NCBI GenBank assembly: GCA_964496695.1
Contig: CAZCBE010000013.1
Span: 12,401-76,400, forward strand
DNA length: 64,000 nt
Direction of reading: 5' to 3'
Source of the DNA: an uncultured Klebsiella sp.
GTDB lineage: Bacteria > Verrucomicrobiota > Verrucomicrobiia > Limisphaerales > SXTU01
Part shown: in pieces, positions 58,774 to 64,000 of the stretch
Numbering within the stretch: position 1 is the first letter of the stretch
Layout: each line of letters opens with the position of its first letter
Made by a program: the position numbers and the translations under genes
The notes under the pieces: generated by a model
The model's database searches: none
Seen by the model: only the letters and a program-made list of their open reading frames with translations
Told to the model about the DNA's origin: nothing

Positions 58774-60411
58774 CTACAGCGGCGGGCGCATCTGCGCGCT
58801 CACCCAGGGCCAGCCATAGCGCCAGGCCAGGTAGCACAGCACGATGAACAGCACGAAGGCGACGATCACCATCGCGAGACGGCGGCGCGCGAAGGCCCGG
58901 TCCTCCTGCTCCCAATACCACGCGATCCAGATGGTCAGTTCGTAGAGGCACTGGAGCGGGATGAACATCGCCACCTGCGTCAGCACCTCGGGCGTGGTCA
59001 GCAGCGCGCCGAGCACGAGGTTGATGAGGATCATGTAGCGCCGGAAGCCCGCGAGCTTCGCATAGTCCAGCAGCCCGATCTTCACCAGGGCCAGCAGGAT
59101 CACCGGCATCTCGAAGCCCGCGCCCATGCCGATCATGAACTTGATGCAGAAGCCGAAGTATTCCCCTGCTTCGAGGAACGGGATGTCCACGCCCATCCAC
59201 AGCGCATACTGGTCGGCTGCGCGCAGGGCCAGCGGCATGATAAGGAAGTAGCAGAGGCTTACGCCGGCAGCGAAGAGCAGCGTGGCCGGCAGCATCGCCT
59301 TGATGAAGTATTTCCGCTCCTTCTCGCGCAGCGCCGGGAGGATGAACTGGACGAGGAAAAAGCCCACGAACGGGAAGGCCAGCAGCAGGCCGCCGAAGAA
59401 CGCGATGTGCAGCGAATTGATGAACGGCGCCGCGATGCCCTTGTAGATGATGGGCTTGGCTTTGTCTGGGGGCACTTCCGCACCCACGGTGCGCACGCGC
59501 AGCGTGAGCAACTGGTTCGTGCCATCCGCGAAGGGCACCACCTCCAGCTCCACATACCGGTTCGTCGGGATGATCGGCCACGCCACAAAATTGGTCGCGG
59601 CGGGCGGTTGGTTGGTGCTCAGGGGAGTCACCTTAAAATTGATCATCTCCTTGGAGCCAAACATCACGGACACATGCTGTCGCGGGTCGGTGGAGAGATG
59701 CGCAGCCCGCTCCAGCGGCCACTTGAAGATGGCCACGATCCGGTCGGCGGCGAAGAGACAAATCACCATGCCGATGATGAGGGCGACCGCCACCTTGATG
59801 ATGACCCAGCGAAGGTCTTCCAGGTGCTCGAGGAACGGCTTCACCGGCCCGCCTTCGCCCGGCTTCTCGTCAAAGAGCGGGTCAATCGTGTCGTCCCCGC
59901 CACCGCCGGTGGTGGTCAGCGCCGTGCTGCCGCCGCTGTGGGCATCCCCCGCACCAGAGCCGTGGTGGTGGTAGTGCTCGTCGTATTGATACTCGTGGTG
60001 GTAGGGGTCCGCGCCCGGGCCGTGGTGATGATCGTGATACTGTTGGTCGTGGTGCGGATCGTAAGCCGGATCGGGCACCGGGTCGTGGGGCGCGTGGTAT
60101 TCCGTGCGCGGCTCCTCAATGACGGGCGGAGCCGCGATGGCACCGGGGTCCATCGGCACCGTGCCCTGCGGCGCGGTGGGCACCGCCGCCGGAACGGGAC
60201 TGGCGGCGGGGCTGGCAGGAGGCGTGACTGCGGGGACAGATGTGTCCGCCGGTTGGGCTACGGGAGCAGGCTGGACGGACTCCGCGCCCGCCGCAGGCGG
60301 TTGCGCGTGGGTAACGTCCGGCTTGACCGCAGGCAACGGTTCAGGCTGGCCCGGGGCGGGCTTCGCTGAATCCAGAGCTGAGGAGGGCGGCGCCTCGTCG
60401 GGATGGGCCAT
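58774..60411 (-). CDS. tatC: Sec-independent translocase TatC with ~190-aa Pro/His-rich N-terminal extension and enlarged first periplasmic loop
   Basis: The TatC core starts at PFLEHLEDLRWVIIKVAVALIIGMVICLF and runs through six TM segments. The N-terminus contains HHDQQYHDHHHGPGADPYHHEYQYDEHYHHHGSG. The protein is 545 aa, against about 250 aa for typical TatC. Confidence 0.8.
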   Translation of the reverse strand: MAHPDEAPPSSALDSAKPAPGQPEPLPAVKPDVTHAQPPAAGAESVQPAPVAQPADTSVPAVTPPASPAASPVPAAVPTAPQGTVPMDPGAIAAPPVIEEPRTEYHAPHDPVPDPAYDPHHDQQYHDHHHGPGADPYHHEYQYDEHYHHHGSGAGDAHSGGSTALTTTGGGGDDTIDPLFDEKPGEGGPVKPFLEHLEDLRWVIIKVAVALIIGMVICLFAADRIVAIFKWPLERAAHLSTDPRQHVSVMFGSKEMINFKVTPLSTNQPPAATNFVAWPIIPTNRYVELEVVPFADGTNQLLTLRVRTVGAEVPPDKAKPIIYKGIAAPFINSLHIAFFGGLLLAFPFVGFFLVQFILPALREKERKYFIKAMLPATLLFAAGVSLCYFLIMPLALRAADQYALWMGVDIPFLEAGEYFGFCIKFMIGMGAGFEMPVILLALVKIGLLDYAKLAGFRRYMILINLVLGALLTTPEVLTQVAMFIPLQCLYELTIWIAWYWEQEDRAFARRRLAMVIVAFVLFIVLCYLAWRYGWPWVSAQMRPPL

Positions 60412-60432
60412 GGCTCAAACCCGTAATCGGCG

Positions 60433-60738
60433 TCAGGCCTTGGTCGCGGGGGCGGGGGCCGCCGCGGTGGACGCGGGCGGCGCTGCCGAAGTGGCGGGCG
60501 CGGGCGTGGTAGGCGCAGGCGTCGGAGCCGGGGCCGGGCGGCGGGGCGGCTCCTCGTGCATGGCGCGCTCCAGCTCGTTCTGCACGTCGCCGGAGGCCTT
60601 CTTGAATTCCTTGATGCCCTGGCCAAGCCCCTTCATGAAGGTCGGGATCTTGTTGGCGCCAAACAGCACCAATGCGACCACGGCGATGAGGATCAGCTCA
60701 CCGCCACTCAGGCCCATCAATGCGAAACAGGTGTTCAT
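60433..60738 (-). CDS. tatA: TatA/E family translocase subunit (copy 1)
   Basis: [36 protein letters not shown] is the canonical TatA TM plus amphipathic helix. The start may be the internal MGLSGG (60717). Confidence 0.85.
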   Translation of the reverse strand: MNTCFALMGLSGGELILIAVVALVLFGANKIPTFMKGLGQGIKEFKKASGDVQNELERAMHEEPPRRPAPAPTPAPTTPAPATSAAPPASTAAAPAPATKA

Positions 60739-60759
60739 AAAAAACGTGAGGTTGAGTCG

Positions 60760-61017
60760 TCAGGCCTTGGCGGCGACCGGGGCCGGGGCGGAGGTGGCGG
60801 CTGGCGCGGGCGCGGCGGCCCGGCGGGGCTCCTCATGCATGGCGCGCTCCAGCTCGTTCTGCACGTCGCCGGACGCCTTCTTGAATTCCTTGATGCCCTG
60901 GCCGAGGCCCTTCATGAAGGTGGGAATCTTGTTGGCGCCAAACAGCACCAGCGCCACCACCGCGATGAGAATCAACTCACCGCCACTCATGCCCATCACT
61001 GCGAAACATGCGTTCAT
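60760..61017 (-). CDS. tatA: TatA/E family translocase subunit (copy 2)
   Basis: The first ~64 aa are nearly identical to copy 1, and the nucleotide similarity is visibly high. Confidence 0.85.
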   Translation of the reverse strand: MNACFAVMGMSGGELILIAVVALVLFGANKIPTFMKGLGQGIKEFKKASGDVQNELERAMHEEPRRAAAPAPAATSAPAPVAAKA

Positions 61018-61119
61018 ATAAAGTCTTTTGTTAACCGGAACCTAGCCCTCTGTCAGGGTCAAGTAAAGAGACAATCCCGCCCGGCCACTTATTCAGCCCG
61101 GCGCAGAATTGTGACCAAC

Positions 61120-61833
61120 TTAGAGCCCGGGCGGCTTGAGGAGAACAAGTTCACCGCGGCGGTTCTTGGCCCAGGCCGACTCGGTGTGGCCGAGTTCCGA
61201 AGGCTTGTCCTCGCCATAGGTTACCGTGCGCAGCCGGTCGGGGGAGATGCCCGCCTTTGCCAGGCGCTCACGGATGGCCAGCGCGCGACGCTCGCCGAGG
61301 GCGCGGTTGTATTCTTCGGTCCCGCGCTCATCACAGTGGCCTTCGATGAGCAGCTTGTTCTGCGGGGAAGCCTTCAGGGCGGCGATGACCGGCTGCAGCT
61401 TGCCCAACTCACTGGCTCGCACGATGGCCTTGTCATAGTCGAAGTGAAGCGTGTTCGCGGCGAAGGCGCTGCGGTCAGTGAGCATACCCTCAAATTCACC
61501 CACCGGGGGAAGATCACCACCACCTTGCTTGGCTGGAATTTGCTGAGTGAACACCGGTGGCACATCGTTGCCGGGCGACTTGGTGTTCAGGTTGTTGCCA
61601 CTTGGATATTGCGGATTCCCGGCCGGCAGCCCAGAACCGACGACGTCCAGCGGACCTTTCGAAGGAGTGCTGGCGTCGGCGAGTCCGCCTGTCGGCTTGG
61701 TGGCGACATTGTCCACGCTGGTCCGCGCGCCCGGCAGCGGCGTGACATTCTTCGGGGTCTTTTTGCAGCCGGTGACGGTGGCAACCGTGAGCAAAGCCAC
61801 GGCGGCGAGCTTGAGAAAAACGGAGGGTTTCAT
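61120..61833 (-). CDS. pal: Peptidoglycan-associated lipoprotein (OmpA-family C-terminal domain)
   Basis: Lipobox LLTVATVTGC. OmpA-like LLIEGHCDERGTEEYNRALGERRALA. ATG 61833. Confidence 0.85.
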   Translation of the reverse strand: MKPSVFLKLAAVALLTVATVTGCKKTPKNVTPLPGARTSVDNVATKPTGGLADASTPSKGPLDVVGSGLPAGNPQYPSGNNLNTKSPGNDVPPVFTQQIPAKQGGGDLPPVGEFEGMLTDRSAFAANTLHFDYDKAIVRASELGKLQPVIAALKASPQNKLLIEGHCDERGTEEYNRALGERRALAIRERLAKAGISPDRLRTVTYGEDKPSELGHTESAWAKNRRGELVLLKPPGL

Positions 61834-61859
61834 AGTTTGTTTTCTAGTGGTGAAAGACT

Positions 61860-63029
61860 TCAACGGGACCAAGCAGGCTGGGAGCAGTTTCCCAAATTCA
61901 GCGCCACATCCTTCACGCGCTTGGTAGGCACGTCAAGCAGAGACAGGGACATCGGGCCCCCGCGACCGCGTTTGCTGAACATGATCGTGCGCGAATTCGG
62001 CGCCCAGGTCGGGTCCTGGCCGGAAACAAGCGACTGCACTTCGCCGCCCCCGGCGGGCACGGTGCAGATCTCGAACTCGCCACGCTGGGTGGTGAAGGTG
62101 ATGGTCTTGCCATCCGGCGACCAGTCCGGCTCGGTGGCGTTGAAGACGCCGGTGGTGCGGATGCGCTGCGGGGTGCCGCCCTGCGCGGAGATGCGGTAGA
62201 GCTGGGCCGGGCCGTCATCGCTGGACACATAGCAGATCGTCTGGCCGTCCGGCGACCAGCACGGGGAGGAGACGCCCTCGCGCGCATTGGTGAGCTGCTG
62301 CAGGCCGCGCCCCTGGATGTCCGCCACGTAGAGGTCCGGCTTGCCGCCCTTGCTGAGCACCATGGCCACCAGCCGGCCGCCGGGCGCGACCGACGGGGAC
62401 AGGTTGGACCCGCCATAGCGCGCGACGATGTGCCGCTCACCGGTGACCAGGTTGTGCGAGAAGACGTCGGGGTTGTTGAGCTTGTAGGAGGTGTAGGCGA
62501 GCCACTGGCTGCCCGGCCCCCACGAGGGCGAGGCGACAATCGCGCCATCGCGCGTGACCGCGAAGGCGTTGTGTCCGTCGTAGTCCGCAATAAAGACTTC
62601 GCCCGCCCCGCTGGGGGACTTGGCCTTGAAGGTCACCCGCGTCTGCGCGATGCCGCGCTTCTGGGTCAGCGCGAAGATCACATCGTCCGCGAAGGCGTGC
62701 GCGAGCTGGCGCTGGTCCGCGCCGGTGTAGGCCTTGGAGAGCAGGTAATTCTTGGCGCGGTCGGAGACAAAACCTTCGAGGCGCGCGCCATTGGTGCCAT
62801 GCACCAGCACCGCCGCCTGGTCCGCACTGACCACGGCGCAGCCGGCAACTTCGAGGTCGAAGCGCAACGTGCTGGCCACTTCACCGGTGAAGCCGCTGAG
62901 GGAGATGGGCAGTAGTTTCGATGGATCGTATTTGCCTTGGACAACGAAGGGAGCGGCGGTCTGCGCAACGCCCGGGGTGACGGCAGCAGCGGCAAGGGCG
63001 AGGGCAAACTGGCGGCGGTTCAAATTCAT
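61860..63029 (-). CDS. tolB: Tol-Pal system beta-propeller protein TolB
   Basis: The TolB N-domain is followed by repeated SP(S/C)WSPDG blades (SPSWGPGSQWLAY, SPSVAPGGRLVA, SPCWSPDGQTICY, EPDWSPDGKTITF, DPTWAPNSRTIMF). Confidence 0.85.
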   Translation of the reverse strand: MNLNRRQFALALAAAAVTPGVAQTAAPFVVQGKYDPSKLLPISLSGFTGEVASTLRFDLEVAGCAVVSADQAAVLVHGTNGARLEGFVSDRAKNYLLSKAYTGADQRQLAHAFADDVIFALTQKRGIAQTRVTFKAKSPSGAGEVFIADYDGHNAFAVTRDGAIVASPSWGPGSQWLAYTSYKLNNPDVFSHNLVTGERHIVARYGGSNLSPSVAPGGRLVAMVLSKGGKPDLYVADIQGRGLQQLTNAREGVSSPCWSPDGQTICYVSSDDGPAQLYRISAQGGTPQRIRTTGVFNATEPDWSPDGKTITFTTQRGEFEICTVPAGGGEVQSLVSGQDPTWAPNSRTIMFSKRGRGGPMSLSLLDVPTKRVKDVALNLGNCSQPAWSR

Positions 63030-64000
63030 CCGGTGGTGCGTTTGGCTTTGAGGTTGAAATCAATGTTAAAGGTCCGCTGCGATTCCCGGAAACTCGCCGG
63101 GAACGGCTCGAACTGCAGGACCTTTTGAAGCGTTTCCCGCACCGACTTGTCAACTGAACTGTTGCCGCAGGGCTTGATTACCTGACAATCCAGCACGCGT
63201 CCGTTCCGCGCCACCGTGACCGTGACGCCCACGACGGAAACGGACTCGTTGAGATTCGGCGGCACCAGCCAGGCCTGCTCGTAGATGCGGACCATCATCT
63301 GGCCGTAGTCGAGGAAGGCGGCGGCATTCGGCCCGCCTCCGGCATCAATGTTGATGTCCACCGGGGAGGACAGCCCGCCCTGGACCCCGCCCAGGATGGA
63401 TTTGATGCGGGCCGCGTGCTGGAGATGGGCCTGCTGGGCGGCCTTGGCGGCGGCCATGGCCTGGGCGCGGTCCTCGGCCTCAGCCTGCTGCTTCGCCTTC
63501 GCCTCTGCCTCCGACTTGCGGGAGACGAGGTTCTTGGTGTCCGCGATCTTGATCGTGGATTTGGCCGGGGTGGCGGGTGGGGCAGGCGCGGCTTTGGCGG
63601 TCTTGGCAGCCTTGTCCGAGTGCACCGGCACCTCGTGTTCCGGCTCTTTCGCCTTCTTCGCGTCCTTCTTGGGCGGGGCTTCCTTGCCCTTCGCCGAGAT
63701 GGCGAGCGGACGCGTTTCCGTCTTGGTGGTCTTGGGCGCGGGCTCCTTGACCGTTTCCTTGACGATCTCCTTCTTCGGCAAATCCTTCGGCGCCTTCGGG
63801 ATCGGTGGCGGAGTTTTCACGACCGCCTTGGGCGGCTCAACCGGCTTGGGCGGCGGCGGGGGTTCCACCGCACGCACCGGCTCGGCGGGCTTCGCGACCG
63901 GGACCGGGGCCACGACCGCTGGCGCAGCCGGGGCAACCGGAGCGACCGGCGTGACCACCGGCGCGGTCGGGGCCGGAGCGGGTGCGGGTGGGCGTTCTGC
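63026..64000 (-). CDS. TolA/TonB-like energy-transducer protein, partial (5-prime end outside the window)
   Basis: Pro/Lys/Ala-rich linker and C-terminal TonB_C-like domain (VTVTVARNGRVLDCQVIKPCGNSSVDKSVRETLQKV). The frame stays open from 63958 to the window edge. There is a 4-nt overlap with the tolB start. Confidence 0.7.
   Translation of the reverse strand, partial: AERPPAPAPAPTAPVVTPVAPVAPAAPAVVAPVPVAKPAEPVRAVEPPPPPKPVEPPKAVVKTPPPIPKAPKDLPKKEIVKETVKEPAPKTTKTETRPLAISAKGKEAPPKKDAKKAKEPEHEVPVHSDKAAKTAKAAPAPPATPAKSTIKIADTKNLVSRKSEAEAKAKQQAEAEDRAQAMAAAKAAQQAHLQHAARIKSILGGVQGGLSSPVDINIDAGGGPNAAAFLDYGQMMVRIYEQAWLVPPNLNESVSVVGVTVTVARNGRVLDCQVIKPCGNSSVDKSVRETLQKVLQFEPFPASFRESQRTFNIDFNLKAKRTTG

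Overview
This is a high-GC bacterial chromosomal segment. The gene content points to Verrucomicrobiota or Planctomycetota: a giant PSCyt/DUF1549/DUF1553 protein with a DUF1501 partner, an exosortase-EpsI fusion, and several twin-arginine signal peptides. That taxonomic call is inference only. I support about 50 protein-coding genes. They include housekeeping functions (pyrE, purM, glnD, a polyprenyl synthase, glyoxalase), a colinear tolA-tolB-pal-tatA-tatA-tatC block, an ArsR/SRPBCC pair and secreted carbohydrate-active proteins. A sulfate-assimilation gene set (cysI, cysH, cysD, cysN) is also present but is physically broken up by unrelated same-strand genes. I saw no rRNA, tRNA or CRISPR array. 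Three themes stand out. (1) The segment is heavily colonised by at least eight families of palindromic REP/MITE-like repeats. One family forms a classic REPtron around a RayT (IS200-like HUH) transposase. Two other palindromic elements sit in frame inside coding regions, one in a UbiD-family decarboxylase and one at the exosortase-EpsI junction. (2) Small low-GC islets carry candidate conflict genes. One encodes an Mrr-like nuclease fused to a DExH helicase and a HEARO-like tail. Another is a nucleotidyltransferase cassette flanked by a duplicated cysH 5-prime end. A third is an orphan CxxC/His protein between cysI and cysH. A DUF1016 nuclease and a Bro-N protein also lie in this region. (3) The Tat machinery is atypical: TatC is about twice the usual length, with a His-rich N-terminus and an enlarged loop, and it follows tandem tatA paralogues. 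Many very long antisense ORFs are GC-driven shadows and were rejected. All family assignments rest on motifs read by eye and need profile searches to confirm.
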